A stretch of DNA of 64,000 bases, from positions 1 to 64,000 of the IMG/VR virus record IMGVR_UViG_3300021256_000062; one strand, 5' to 3'. The notes beneath the pieces were generated by a model that saw only the letters and a program-made list of their open reading frames with translations, made no database searches and was not told the origin of the DNA. Shown here one piece after another: positions 47,869 through 58,359 of this stretch. The position numbers and the translations under genes were made by a program. Source of the stretch: a virus (taxonomy: Duplodnaviria > Caudoviricetes). Position 1 is the stretch's first letter. Every line of letters starts with the position of its first letter.

Positions 47869-48545
47869 TATTCCACCTCAATCCCACGTTTATCTTTACC
47901 TTTAAGTTCTATTACACAACTTGAATAATTAAATATTCTAGAGTATAATCTATCCCCTAAAGATTTGCATAACTCTACACCACTTAAATTAGATGTATAG
48001 ATATTTGATTTTCCTTTAGCTAATCTGGTATCAATTATACTTAATAAGTGGGATATTTCAAATTCTGTTCCTAATTTTGTTCCAATATCATCCCAAATAA
48101 CTAAATCGCAATCTAACACATTTTCATTAATATGTTGAATGTACTCACTCTTTTCACTAATATTGGATTTTAATTCTAACAAGAACCTAGGAACACTGAT
48201 GAATAGTACTCTGCATTTTAATTCACTTTTAACCCATATTTTATTGAAATAAGATTCTGCCATTCTTAATGACCAAGATGTTTTACCACTTCCAGGAATA
48301 TATCCCCACAAGTATAAATTATCTCCGTCATTTACAAATTTCTCAATATTATTTTCTATAGATTTAAGTGCTTCAAATGCTTTCTCATCACTACCATCAT
48401 TATCAGTTCTTAAGTTAATATGTTTTCTATTGTTTAAAGGGATTAATGATTCTTCATACAATTTATTTAATTTAAAATATCTCATACAGAATGTATTGCA
48501 GTCTCGTTGATTACATTGTTTCTTTAACCAACAATTCTCATTCAT
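47868..48545 (-). CDS. DnaC/IstB-like helicase loader ATPase
   Basis: PGSGKT, IWDDIG, TSNL, DRLYSRI, G.DKR. Confidence 0.85.
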   Translation of the reverse strand: MNENCWLKKQCNQRDCNTFCMRYFKLNKLYEESLIPLNNRKHINLRTDNDGSDEKAFEALKSIENNIEKFVNDGDNLYLWGYIPGSGKTSWSLRMAESYFNKIWVKSELKCRVLFISVPRFLLELKSNISEKSEYIQHINENVLDCDLVIWDDIGTKLGTEFEISHLLSIIDTRLAKGKSNIYTSNLSGVELCKSLGDRLYSRIFNYSSCVIELKGKDKRGIEVE

Positions 48546-48557
48546 TTATCATTCCCC

Positions 48558-49271
48558 CTAATAAATCTTATTTGACAATGAACTTGCAGTAGATTGTCCT
48601 TGTGGAACTTTGTTTGTTTTATTATCTTGTTCATATCTCTTTGCAACCCAATTAAAGTCCCTATAATTGAATGCTGTTCCTATTTCTACTAATTTTAAAG
48701 CTAATGGTAAATCTCCTTTAGTATATTGATTTAATTCAGTAATAAATAGATTTATAGATACACTATTAAGTACAGCTCCTTTAGTATCTAATATAGCATC
48801 AATCCATTTATACATTGCATTGTTTAAATCATTATTACCTGTGTTAACATATTTATATAAGTTTTGTGCAACATAATGCATTTTAGTTTTCTTATCAACT
48901 CTCTTATTTGCACTAACCTTATTTGTTATTTTTTCTATAGCTTTAAAATCATTTGTAGACACAATTGATATCACTAACTCAATATCAACCTTCAATAAAT
49001 CTGGATTATCAAAATCTCTAATAATTAGATTTATTCCCATTAACTTTTCATCAATCTTCAATTGTTCTTCAATAGTTAATGTCGTTTGTTCATACATATA
49101 ATTTCTATCTAATTTAATAAAATCATTATCATATAATTTATTTTTCTTTTGAGCCTTATCCATAATGTTAATGATTTGACTGACATATATAGATTCTTTT
49201 AATCCAATGATATGTGCCAATCTTTTATTAAAAGATATATAATTATCAGTTTTTAATAAGTCGAGAAACAT
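48558..49271 (-). CDS. putative replication initiator (winged helix)
   Basis: NKRLAHIIGL.ESIY N-terminus; directly upstream of loader/helicase/primase. Confidence 0.55.
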   Translation of the reverse strand: MFLDLLKTDNYISFNKRLAHIIGLKESIYVSQIINIMDKAQKKNKLYDNDFIKLDRNYMYEQTTLTIEEQLKIDEKLMGINLIIRDFDNPDLLKVDIELVISIVSTNDFKAIEKITNKVSANKRVDKKTKMHYVAQNLYKYVNTGNNDLNNAMYKWIDAILDTKGAVLNSVSINLFITELNQYTKGDLPLALKLVEIGTAFNYRDFNWVAKRYEQDNKTNKVPQGQSTASSLSNKIY

Positions 49272-50092
49272 ATGGCTTTCAACTCCTCATTGTTTCTTAA
49301 TTTTTCTAATGCATTCTTATAAAGTAATGAATTCCATGACTTTGAATAATATCTATATTTATATACATCATACTTAATATCTTTATTATCTGCATAGGTA
49401 TCTATAAAATAATTAACTTCATCATCAGTTAAATCTAATATACTTTTCATTACTTTTTTAGATTTACAAATTGCTTTTCCAATACCATCTTGATACACTT
49501 TTGTATACACATCACAATATGCAAGAGTATATACAACTAGTGCTTCATAAATGTTATTTTCTTTAATTAGATTCTTAATTAATTTATCAATATCTCTATA
49601 TTTACTAGTTGAATTATCAGCTAATAATGAATCACCATTCTCATCCACTAAAGAATCTAAACTATGAGATGTGAATACACCTGCACGTTTACCAGTATTG
49701 TAGTACTGAAAATATCTCTCTCTAGTACTATCTATAGCTCTATATACATATCCATTAATGAACTTATCCTCATCACCATCTTTAATGTATGTAAAGACAT
49801 CTGGTTTCATGAATGCTCGATATTTAAATACATCACTTAATGCTTCAAAGTATAAGTCTGCAACATCTTCCATAGTCCAATGTAACTTATTTACTAGGAA
49901 ATTGCATTCTCTATATAAAGTGGGTATCTCATGCCAATATCGTAATGCAAATGCACTGAAATAAGCATCTCTTAATATCTTATTATCTTCATTATCAATG
50001 TACCCTTTAGCTAATGAGTATTTAGACATTTTTCTCCAATTAGGTATTTTATCAGCATCTTTTTCAAACTCATTATGTAAAATATCTAACAT
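49253..50092 (-). CDS. putative RNA polymerase sigma-like factor
   Basis: region-2-like EDVADLYFEAL...YVYRAI...KR...SLDSL. Confidence 0.5.
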   Translation of the reverse strand: MLDILHNEFEKDADKIPNWRKMSKYSLAKGYIDNEDNKILRDAYFSAFALRYWHEIPTLYRECNFLVNKLHWTMEDVADLYFEALSDVFKYRAFMKPDVFTYIKDGDEDKFINGYVYRAIDSTRERYFQYYNTGKRAGVFTSHSLDSLVDENGDSLLADNSTSKYRDIDKLIKNLIKENNIYEALVVYTLAYCDVYTKVYQDGIGKAICKSKKVMKSILDLTDDEVNYFIDTYADNKDIKYDVYKYRYYSKSWNSLLYKNALEKLRNNEELKAICFSTY

Positions 50093-50122
50093 AGTATACT
50101 CCTTTCAATAAACTTTAAATAT

Positions 50123-50151
50123 ATTATATACTATATTTTGAAAAAAGTCAA
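50123..50151 (-). promoter_or_regulatory. sigma-A promoter of the replication operon
   Basis: TTGACT-17 bp-TATAAT. Confidence 0.8.
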
Positions 50152-50161
50152 CAATAATCTT

Positions 50162-50656
50162 TTATTCAGTTTTAAATAATACAATCTCTCCACTCTCTAA
50201 AGTACTCTTGACATCAATAACTCTTTGATTTGCAGAACCTCTAAATGGTAAAGTTGTATCTAATTTACTTAATTTAAATTCACCATCAACTATTATATCT
50301 ACATATTGGATAATTTCCAAATCCTTAATATCATCATAATCATATCCTGTATATAACCATATAGTTTTATTTGGTAATTTATTTTTTAAATATTTAACTA
50401 ATTTTAATATTTCATCTCTATTGGTAGGAAATAGTGGGTCTCCTCCTGAAAGAGTTAACCCATCAACATAATCCCTTGCTAATAGTGATTCTAATTCCTT
50501 TACAGTATCATCAGTGAAATCTTTACCTATATTTGAATCCCAAGATTCTGGATTTTGACAACCCTTGCAACGATGATTACATCCACTTACAAAAAGTGTT
50601 ACTCTTACTCCATTGCCATCTACAATATCACAATCTAATATACTTAAGTATTTCAT
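50162..50656 (-). CDS. nrdG: anaerobic RNR activating enzyme
   Basis: DG.GVRVTLFVSGCNHRCKGCQNP, SGGDP, RGSANQR. Confidence 0.95.
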   Translation of the reverse strand: MKYLSILDCDIVDGNGVRVTLFVSGCNHRCKGCQNPESWDSNIGKDFTDDTVKELESLLARDYVDGLTLSGGDPLFPTNRDEILKLVKYLKNKLPNKTIWLYTGYDYDDIKDLEIIQYVDIIVDGEFKLSKLDTTLPFRGSANQRVIDVKSTLESGEIVLFKTE

Positions 50657-50672
50657 ATCGCATAAACACCAC

Positions 50673-52871
50673 CTAATCTACTTTAACACCGGTGTGTTTA
50701 ACTCTATCTTCAGTTTCAGCTTGTTTTCCAATATTGAAAGCTTCTTTGTAATCACCTGTTAAATATCCAGTTACTCTTCTTAATCTCTTAATTTTATCAG
50801 AACCACATACTGGACAGAATTGACTAATAACTCCTTGATAACCACAATCTTTACATTGGTCTACAGGTACATTAATTGCAAAGTATGGAATATCCTTATC
50901 CATTGCATAATTAACAATCTTTTCTAATGCATCAATATTATTTACAGTATTACCATCTAATTCTACATAAGTAATACATCCTGCACTTGAATATCCTGTT
51001 AATTGTGATTCAATATCAATCTTTTCAAATGCTGTAACATGTTCCCATACTGGAGTATGCATTGAATTAGTGAAATACTTTCTATCACTTACATTTGGAA
51101 TTTCTCCATACTTATCTTTAAATTTATTCATTGCAGTATAACATAGGTTCTCAGCAGGAGTATAATATACACCAAAATTTAATTTATATTTTTGTTTAAA
51201 CTCTGCACATCTATCTTTGAATAGTTGTTCAATTCTCTTTGCCAATTCCATTCCTTTTGGATGACATTGATTAGTTCCTACTAATAATTCTAATGTTTCA
51301 GCTAATCCTAATTGACCAATTGCAAGTGTACCATGTTTTAATGCACTTCTAATTCCTTCTTCAGGATGATATCCTAACATTGTTCCATTCTCATACATAA
51401 ACTTAGCTGATTTAGGTGATTGTGAACAAATCCACTCAAATCTTTCTAATAACATATCTTTTGCTTCGTGAATTTTTGTGTCAAGTAATTTCATAAATTT
51501 CTCAACATCTCTATCAGCTTCCATCGCAAGTGTTGGTAGTATAATTGTGACCGGACAGATATTTCCCCTGCCATCCTTTGTTTGTGGGTTAGTTCCTGGT
51601 TCTGCATTAATATCAAAACCATTTGCAGTTCTGCAGCCCATTGTGCTAAATAGGGTTTTAGGGTCATTTCTATCATATCCTGCATTTCCTGACCAATCTA
51701 CATTTGCATAATTTGGATAAAGTCTTAATGATGTAGACTTTAATGCTAATCTATATAAATCATAGTTAGGAGTTCCTGGTTTATCATTTACACCTTTCAT
51801 ATATTGGAATATTCCACAAGGGAATATTGATGTTTGATGATTTGGACCAAGTCCTTCAATACTTACATTTAATAATTCTTCAATTACCATTCTACCCTCA
51901 GGTAATGTACAAGTTCCATAGTTGATACTTGTAAATGGTAACTGATTACCACTTCTTGATTGTAATGAATTTAGATTATGATATAATGCCTCAACTCCTT
52001 GATGACATTCTTTCCTTAACATATCTAAAGCATATTTATATACTTTCTTAATCTTTTTATATTTTCTATCATCAATAGGTAGTTCATTATTTAATTTTAA
52101 TCTATCAAATCTTTTATGTGTTAAATATTTTACACCATCTTTATAATGTTTATAGAATGATTTTCTAACATAAGGAACTAATGTCCAATCTAAGTGAGTA
52201 GCACTTACTCCACCAAATTGTTGTAAACTTTGTAATTGAAATATAACTGCCACTAATTGCATTGCCGTTGATAATGAGCCAGCTGGTCTGATATCAACTT
52301 GTCTTGTTTTAAATCCTTTGGCAAGTAAGTCATCAAATGGTATACTTAGACAATTGTGGTCACCAACAACATAGTGACCTAAATCATGAATGTATATTTC
52401 ATTATTTAAATGATTATTCTTAGCCATATCTGACATACAATAGTTTAATGCAAATTGTTTATTTACATATTCACTTGCTTCACCTATTCTACCACCAAAT
52501 GATTGTTCATCTAGATTTGCATTTTGATTTTGTACATTTTTTGCACCTAACTTACTTTCAACACCTTCCATTAATGTTGAATATGCATCTCTAATTTGTT
52601 TATGTTCTGTTCTATACTCAATGTACCTAGTTGCTAACTCGAAAGCACCTTTTTTCATCAATGCCAACTCAATTTGTGTTTGAATTGTTTCAACTGATTG
52701 TGCTCTACGTTTAGACTTACAATAAGCCTCAATATCTTTAGAAATATTATCAATATCACTCATTGATAATCTTTGATTACCACTAATCTCAAAATTTGCT
52801 AGTAGTATTGCATTTTTAATCTTATCAACATCAAATTCTACTTTACTACCGTCTCTTTTAATAACTTTCAT
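50673..52871 (-). CDS. nrdD: class III (anaerobic) ribonucleotide reductase with ATP cone
   Basis: VIKRDG, HNC, MGCRT, CxxC..CxxC, RRVTGYL. Confidence 0.95.
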   Translation of the reverse strand: MKVIKRDGSKVEFDVDKIKNAILLANFEISGNQRLSMSDIDNISKDIEAYCKSKRRAQSVETIQTQIELALMKKGAFELATRYIEYRTEHKQIRDAYSTLMEGVESKLGAKNVQNQNANLDEQSFGGRIGEASEYVNKQFALNYCMSDMAKNNHLNNEIYIHDLGHYVVGDHNCLSIPFDDLLAKGFKTRQVDIRPAGSLSTAMQLVAVIFQLQSLQQFGGVSATHLDWTLVPYVRKSFYKHYKDGVKYLTHKRFDRLKLNNELPIDDRKYKKIKKVYKYALDMLRKECHQGVEALYHNLNSLQSRSGNQLPFTSINYGTCTLPEGRMVIEELLNVSIEGLGPNHQTSIFPCGIFQYMKGVNDKPGTPNYDLYRLALKSTSLRLYPNYANVDWSGNAGYDRNDPKTLFSTMGCRTANGFDINAEPGTNPQTKDGRGNICPVTIILPTLAMEADRDVEKFMKLLDTKIHEAKDMLLERFEWICSQSPKSAKFMYENGTMLGYHPEEGIRSALKHGTLAIGQLGLAETLELLVGTNQCHPKGMELAKRIEQLFKDRCAEFKQKYKLNFGVYYTPAENLCYTAMNKFKDKYGEIPNVSDRKYFTNSMHTPVWEHVTAFEKIDIESQLTGYSSAGCITYVELDGNTVNNIDALEKIVNYAMDKDIPYFAINVPVDQCKDCGYQGVISQFCPVCGSDKIKRLRRVTGYLTGDYKEAFNIGKQAETEDRVKHTGVKVD

Positions 52872-52911
52872 ATTTACTACTCTCTCTTTCTATCTTGATT
52901 TAAATGTGTAT

Positions 52912-52921
52912 ATAATTTAGC
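52912..52921 (-). promoter_or_regulatory. candidate phage-specific promoter GCTAAATTAT upstream of nrdD
   Basis: third intergenic copy, 40 bp before the nrdD ATG. Confidence 0.5.
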
Positions 52922-52964
52922 TCAAGATAATTTTAGAATAAAAAAGTAAAACTATCAATTTGTC

Positions 52965-53279
52965 TTACTTTTTATTAGTTTTATTTTTGGCCATAAACTT
53001 TTTAAATTTTTCATATTCAATTTTTCTTTGTTCTTCCAAAACATCTGGAAGAGGTCCCTCATTAACTAACCACTCTAGAGGGACATCATAACAATATATC
53101 TTACTGTTAAATATAATATTGCACTTTTCTCTAACTTTAGTTCCATCAAATGAATATAAATCAGTATAATTTCTATCGGCTACAAAGTATATGTAACATT
53201 TTCCAGGATTTACTTTACAAGTGTCAACTAAAACTGATTTTGTGCAATATTTCATCTGCCATATTGGATAAGCTTTCAA
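52965..53279 (-). CDS. hypothetical protein
   Basis: AGGTGA RBS, TTG start. Confidence 0.7.
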   Translation of the reverse strand: MKAYPIWQMKYCTKSVLVDTCKVNPGKCYIYFVADRNYTDLYSFDGTKVREKCNIIFNSKIYCYDVPLEWLVNEGPLPDVLEEQRKIEYEKFKKFMAKNKTNKK

Positions 53280-53320
53280 CTATATCACCTACTTAACTTT
53301 TTTATGTTTATAAAATGACC

Positions 53321-53542
53321 CTATTGAACATCCATAGAATCATTATCACCTTCAATATCTGAATAATCACCAACACTTAAACTATCATCAATAAATTTCA
53401 AAGCCATATTTATTACAAAATCTTCTAATATTTTTAAAGCTGTTTGTTGGTCTATTCCATCAGCAGGTGTTACTACTGCTTTATTTCCGTCATCATCTTC
53501 TATTATTGTAAGCATCAATAGTTCTTTCATTAGTCTGTCCAC
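53321..53542 (-). CDS. hypothetical protein
   Basis: 73 aa acidic ORF; start uncertain. Confidence 0.55.
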   Translation of the reverse strand: MDRLMKELLMLTIIEDDDGNKAVVTPADGIDQQTALKILEDFVINMALKFIDDSLSVGDYSDIEGDNDSMDVQ

Positions 53543-54174
53543 TTCACACTCTTAATATACTTATTTAAGATATTACCTGCATTGTAATTATTTCCTAAAA
53601 CATATTTAGTGATTGCAGCCATAATACCTTTTTCTAAATCCCATTCATCTCCTTTTAAACAAGTTACTTTAGTTGTTTCACCTGTTTGCCATTTAACTAC
53701 AACTGTTTTTTTCTTCTCATTTGCATAAATGTTTGAAATCTTTGGAGTTAATATATGTGCAGATTCTCTCTTATTAGTATCCTCATCAAATAACTCTTGT
53801 AAAAAACTTTCTACTCTACTATCCATTTTATTCATTTTTTGTTCTCCTAATCTTTCTAATTTTTTAAATACTATTGTTACAGAATCAGTTACTCTACTAA
53901 CTGGTTTAATGTGTACTGATTCTGGACAAGATAATCTAAATTTATACATACCAATTTTCATTTCAGCATTAAAATATTTTACTTCAGCATTAAGATATAG
54001 TGCTGATTTAAAAACACTTTTACTCCTATTGTTTGGTACCATAAATGATATTGTCACTGTTTCTTGGTCAAATAACTCACTTGTAGTTTTGTATTCATCC
54101 ACGAAAAAATATCTATCTTTAAAATATAAATCATCTAATCCATCAAATTTAACTATATAGTCATAAGCTGACAT
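53530..54174 (-). CDS. phage hypothetical protein
   Basis: C-terminal TVVVKW..G.TTKV.C..D..D.EKG domain. Confidence 0.75.
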   Translation of the reverse strand: MSAYDYIVKFDGLDDLYFKDRYFFVDEYKTTSELFDQETVTISFMVPNNRSKSVFKSALYLNAEVKYFNAEMKIGMYKFRLSCPESVHIKPVSRVTDSVTIVFKKLERLGEQKMNKMDSRVESFLQELFDEDTNKRESAHILTPKISNIYANEKKKTVVVKWQTGETTKVTCLKGDEWDLEKGIMAAITKYVLGNNYNAGNILNKYIKSVKWTD

Positions 54175-54191
54175 TTTTAATTCCCTCCATT

Positions 54192-55877
54192 TTACAAATC
54201 TTGAATATATTTAGCTAATCTTTGCATAGCCTTGTCATTCTCTATTTTATCATCAACAATATAATCAGATAATGCTTGTTTAAAATTAACCAATTCCCAA
54301 ACTACATTATCAATTGTTCCATTACATATTAAGTTATAAATAAAAACAGTTCTATCACTACCTATTCTATGTACTCTATCACATGCTTGATTGAAATCAC
54401 TACTTGTCCAAGGAGTATCAATGAATATAAGGTATCTTGCCTTATTTAAAGTAACGCCTGTTCCTAATTTTTGATATGTTGCAATCAGTAACTTACAATC
54501 ATCATTATTTTGAAAATCATATTTACCCTTTTCAAAATCAGATAATTTAGTATCTCCTGTAAGTACTATAGGATTATATTCCTTAAGTAAGTGACTCAAT
54601 TGGTCTACAACGTCTTTAAACCCTGTAAAAATGACCAATTTTTCATTTTTAACTCCAACTAAATCATTTACCATCTCCACACATCTATCCACCTTAATTG
54701 ACCTAATTTCTTGTGATGTCATTATTTGTGGACAAGATGTTGCTTGTCTTAATCTAACTATTTTACCTAATAAGTTTTTATTAGATAAAGATACTAAATC
54801 TACTGATTCTTTTACTCCACTCACAACATCCTTATAAAATTTTGATTGTTTATCATCCATAGATAGGAATTGTGGGATTATTAATTTCTCTGGTAAATCT
54901 AGTACATCAGTTTTAAGTCTTCTTAATGAACAAGAATCTAGTTGTTCTTTTAAGGTGTCTAAATTTCTAAATCCATCATATGCTCCAATATTACTATTAT
55001 ATTGACAATAATATTTCTTAAACATCTCTATGGATTTATCTTGAGCTTGACCTATAAATACAAATGGTGCATATAAATCTAATGGATTATTAACTACAAT
55101 AGTACCTGACATTGCAACTTTATAAGGTGCCTTTAATTGTATCAAGTTCTTACCCTGAAGAGAACCTACATCCTTACACCTATGTGCTTCATCTACTACA
55201 ATCATTCCAATATTATTTTCAGATGTATTGAATGCTGCAACAAAGTCATCACTTCTAATTGTAGTTAAAGTTGTAATGATGAAAAACTCATCTATTTTAT
55301 TCTTTAACTGTACTGCTCTTTCAGTAACTGATTTATATTTAATGTTGCCATTTCTAGTCAATGACTCTCCTAATATCATACAACTTAAATCAGAAAATTT
55401 TTCAATCTCATTTTTCCAATTTGACCTTAATGAATCAATTCCACATATAATCATACAATGTTCAATTTTACCTTGTCTATGCAACTCCTCCGCTAGATAT
55501 ATAGCTGATAAAGTTTTACCTAATCCCATATCATCTAACAATAACCACTTATCATGATTACATCCAAAGTTAATTGCGTCTACTTGGTGGTCAAACAACT
55601 TATACTTAAAACTATCCTTATTTACATATAATATAGGTTTAGTATTTGGTTCTTTATAACCGAATATCTCAATATCTTCAATATCACTCAATTTATCTAT
55701 CAGTACATTGACATTTTTAAGAGGGACCTCATATACCTTATTTGCTTTATCATAATAATATGGGTCAACATTCTCTTTGATTATTTCACCAACCTCTTTA
55801 TTAAAAGGTTTAATTTTGAGAAATAAAGAAGTTATTCCAGGTATTTTTTGTGGTTTATCTTCCTTAATATTTATCAT
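54192..55877 (-). CDS. SNF2-family helicase
   Basis: DDMGLGKT, DEAH, SGT..NNP.DL, G.GVTL, QACDRVHRIG. Confidence 0.9.
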   Translation of the reverse strand: MINIKEDKPQKIPGITSLFLKIKPFNKEVGEIIKENVDPYYYDKANKVYEVPLKNVNVLIDKLSDIEDIEIFGYKEPNTKPILYVNKDSFKYKLFDHQVDAINFGCNHDKWLLLDDMGLGKTLSAIYLAEELHRQGKIEHCMIICGIDSLRSNWKNEIEKFSDLSCMILGESLTRNGNIKYKSVTERAVQLKNKIDEFFIITTLTTIRSDDFVAAFNTSENNIGMIVVDEAHRCKDVGSLQGKNLIQLKAPYKVAMSGTIVVNNPLDLYAPFVFIGQAQDKSIEMFKKYYCQYNSNIGAYDGFRNLDTLKEQLDSCSLRRLKTDVLDLPEKLIIPQFLSMDDKQSKFYKDVVSGVKESVDLVSLSNKNLLGKIVRLRQATSCPQIMTSQEIRSIKVDRCVEMVNDLVGVKNEKLVIFTGFKDVVDQLSHLLKEYNPIVLTGDTKLSDFEKGKYDFQNNDDCKLLIATYQKLGTGVTLNKARYLIFIDTPWTSSDFNQACDRVHRIGSDRTVFIYNLICNGTIDNVVWELVNFKQALSDYIVDDKIENDKAMQRLAKYIQDL

Positions 55878-55879
55878 AA

Positions 55880-56188
55880 TTAATTTTCTACTAAATTGAT
55901 TCTATCCTTATATATTTTTGATACATATGTATCTTCATATGATTTTGTTGATAATATTTCAGTTTCAAATTTAATATCTGCTTTAACTCTAAATGTAGTA
56001 TTGCATTTATCACAAGTATATTCTTCTACTAAATCTTGTTCAGTTCCTTGAAATAATTCTACTTGACCATCTTCATTTCTAATTATGTTATTAGGTCTAC
56101 CTAATAAATAATCGGGATGGTAAATCTCTTGAATTGCATATTGACATTTACAATTTGGACATTCTATAAATTTACTCATATTATTCAT
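55880..56188 (-). CDS. Zn-ribbon protein
   Basis: CPNC...CDKC. Confidence 0.7.
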   Translation of the reverse strand: MNNMSKFIECPNCKCQYAIQEIYHPDYLLGRPNNIIRNEDGQVELFQGTEQDLVEEYTCDKCNTTFRVKADIKFETEILSTKSYEDTYVSKIYKDRINLVEN

Positions 56189-56378
56189 TTTCTCCTATTC
56201 TAGACATATTTTTAAAATTGATATCAACAATCTTACCTTCAGGTATAACTACTACAGCTTTACCATCATGAGTATAACCGGTGATATGAGAGTATGGAGT
56301 GCCAGAGACAACTCCATCAGGCATATCATACTCAACATCAATTTCAATTTCAACTTTAAACTTTTGTGTTACTTTCAT
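56181..56378 (-). CDS. hypothetical protein
   Basis: AAGGAG RBS. Confidence 0.65.
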   Translation of the reverse strand: MKVTQKFKVEIEIDVEYDMPDGVVSGTPYSHITGYTHDGKAVVVIPEGKIVDINFKNMSRIGENE

Positions 56379-56390
56379 AATTACATCTCC

Positions 56391-57467
56391 TTATACTAAT
56401 TTTCCACGAGTAACGACTGTTTGTTTCTCATCTTTATATATTTTAAGGTCTTTAATAGTTGCCTTAATTTTCATTCCATTTTCAACTAATTGTTCAGTTT
56501 TCCAAATAACAACATTATTTGAATCAGTTAATATTCTATATGTAAATACAACACTATCATTATAATGTGAATAATGATACTCATTTGCATCTGCCCATAA
56601 TACCTTAACTGATTTAACTGTCAATTCAATTTTATCTCCAATTTTACCTAGGTATTCATTAGTTATATTCTTGCTTCCTAAATATAACATTGCATTATTC
56701 ATATAAGATAATAATAATCTCCAATGTTTATATTCAATGTATTCAAGACCTAAAACTACTTTAACATTGTGACAATATTCACAATCATTATACCAATCAG
56801 TATTAACAACATTTAATATAGTGTTAACTTCATCTTCTAATGATTTCATATATTTAAAATCATCATAACCCTTAAATGGGTCATTAGAATCTTTCTTATA
56901 TCCATTCTTCATTAGAATTTGATAGAATATATTTGCAACATATTCTAAAGGTTGATATTTACATTGAGTAGATTTTATAAAGTCTAAAAACTCTTCAAAA
57001 TCATTAGATAATAATTTACTTAAATCAGATACCATCTCAACAATCTTTAATGTGTCAACTCCAGTATATTCATTTAAACAACTCTTACCTACTTGTCTAT
57101 AGTTATGAGTGTTACTATCTAATAATAAGAATGTATTAGCTCTAGTTCTTAATTTATTACAATGTTCACAATTAGGTTTACAAGTTCTATAATATTTAGG
57201 AACTACATAATCCATATTAATTTGTCTAATGATATTTCCATTTGGAGTATGTTCAAGTTCAGCTACTATTTCATAGTCTCCAACCTTATAATTAATTTCT
57301 AATTCAATACCAATTGTATAGTAAGGATATTTAATACCATCTAATACTATACACTCTTGTTTAATATCATTCTCATCATATGAAAACTTAACATCAGTTT
57401 TCTTTGATAATCTTTTAACTAATTTTATTAACTTTTCTAAATTGAATCTAGGAATATAATATTTCAT
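56391..57467 (-). CDS. phage protein with CxxC..VG..C Zn site and C-terminal OB-fold-like domain
   Basis: CEHC..R.R, QVGKSC, YLGKIGDK..W.T..IKATIK..QTVVTR. Confidence 0.6.
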   Translation of the reverse strand: MKYYIPRFNLEKLIKLVKRLSKKTDVKFSYDENDIKQECIVLDGIKYPYYTIGIELEINYKVGDYEIVAELEHTPNGNIIRQINMDYVVPKYYRTCKPNCEHCNKLRTRANTFLLLDSNTHNYRQVGKSCLNEYTGVDTLKIVEMVSDLSKLLSNDFEEFLDFIKSTQCKYQPLEYVANIFYQILMKNGYKKDSNDPFKGYDDFKYMKSLEDEVNTILNVVNTDWYNDCEYCHNVKVVLGLEYIEYKHWRLLLSYMNNAMLYLGSKNITNEYLGKIGDKIELTVKSVKVLWADANEYHYSHYNDSVVFTYRILTDSNNVVIWKTEQLVENGMKIKATIKDLKIYKDEKQTVVTRGKLV

Positions 57468-57496
57468 ATAAATACCTCCAACCTTAATCTATATAT

Positions 57497-57525
57497 AGTA
57501 TATCATCTAAATATAATAATGTCAA
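57497..57525 (-). promoter_or_regulatory. sigma-A promoter
   Basis: TTGACA-17 bp-TATACT, GGAGGT RBS downstream. Confidence 0.8.
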
Positions 57526-57546
57526 TAGTATTTATATTTAATTTAT

Positions 57547-57882
57547 CTAAAATGTTAAATTTTTTATATTTTCTAATACTGATAATCTTAAATCATGATA
57601 ATATGTCATACATAAATCAGTATACTCTACTACATAATTGGATAATTTTGTTTTACAAAACTCAACATCAAGTTTAGTTGAGTACATCTTAACAAATCCA
57701 TTCTTTGTAGGATAGAAATCATCCCAAAATATATCAGCTTTAAAAATATAACAAAACTTACCATTACATTTATATCTATAAGAATCTCTTAATTCGATGC
57801 AATTTAATTGGTTAACATCTACCTTATCTAATGTATAATTGGTTGTGGTATACTCTATTATATTTATTTTATTGTGTTTCAA
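57547..57882 (-). CDS. hypothetical protein
   Basis: 111 aa ORF. Confidence 0.6.
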   Translation of the reverse strand: MKHNKINIIEYTTTNYTLDKVDVNQLNCIELRDSYRYKCNGKFCYIFKADIFWDDFYPTKNGFVKMYSTKLDVEFCKTKLSNYVVEYTDLCMTYYHDLRLSVLENIKNLTF

Positions 57883-58357
57883 TTTTTATCGCATCCTTTA
57901 CCTCTTGTGCAATACTTATGTAGTATTGTCTAATTTCCATTAATACTTTACCTAATAAATTTTGACCTGTACCATCTTTACCAATTCCCCAAATATAATC
58001 AAAAGGAGAATCCTCCACTATTATCCCAGATGTACATATCAAAATATCTCTCAAATCTTTATTATAATAATATTTAGCCATATTTACATCAAACATTATA
58101 TGTTCTCTATATTCTGACCATATTGTGTCATCATAATTCTTCACAAGTCTACCTAATTTCTTAATCTTTCTAGGGTCAGTTTCATTTAAAATCTTTAAGG
58201 CTGTATCCCAATCATTAAAAGTTACCGCCTTTGCCCACATAAATGCTTGTTCAGAACAATTAAATTTTCTACCTGCATAAGTAAAAGTACAAGGATAGAA
58301 ATTACTGAAGCATCCATAAGGTCCATTAGTACCCCAAAATTTAATTACATTATCCAT
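57869..58357 (-). CDS. NADAR (YbiA-like) family N-glycosidase
   Basis: FSNFY, SEQAFM.AKA, KKLGR.V, EDSP.D.IWGIG, G.NLLGKVLM. Confidence 0.9.
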   Translation of the reverse strand: MDNVIKFWGTNGPYGCFSNFYPCTFTYAGRKFNCSEQAFMWAKAVTFNDWDTALKILNETDPRKIKKLGRLVKNYDDTIWSEYREHIMFDVNMAKYYYNKDLRDILICTSGIIVEDSPFDYIWGIGKDGTGQNLLGKVLMEIRQYYISIAQEVKDAIKIETQ

Positions 58358-58359
58358 AA

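Noticed and set aside
54204-54216. Fourth GCTAAAT promoter-like copy
   Set aside because: Inside the helicase coding sequence (LAKY) and not an exact match; may be chance.
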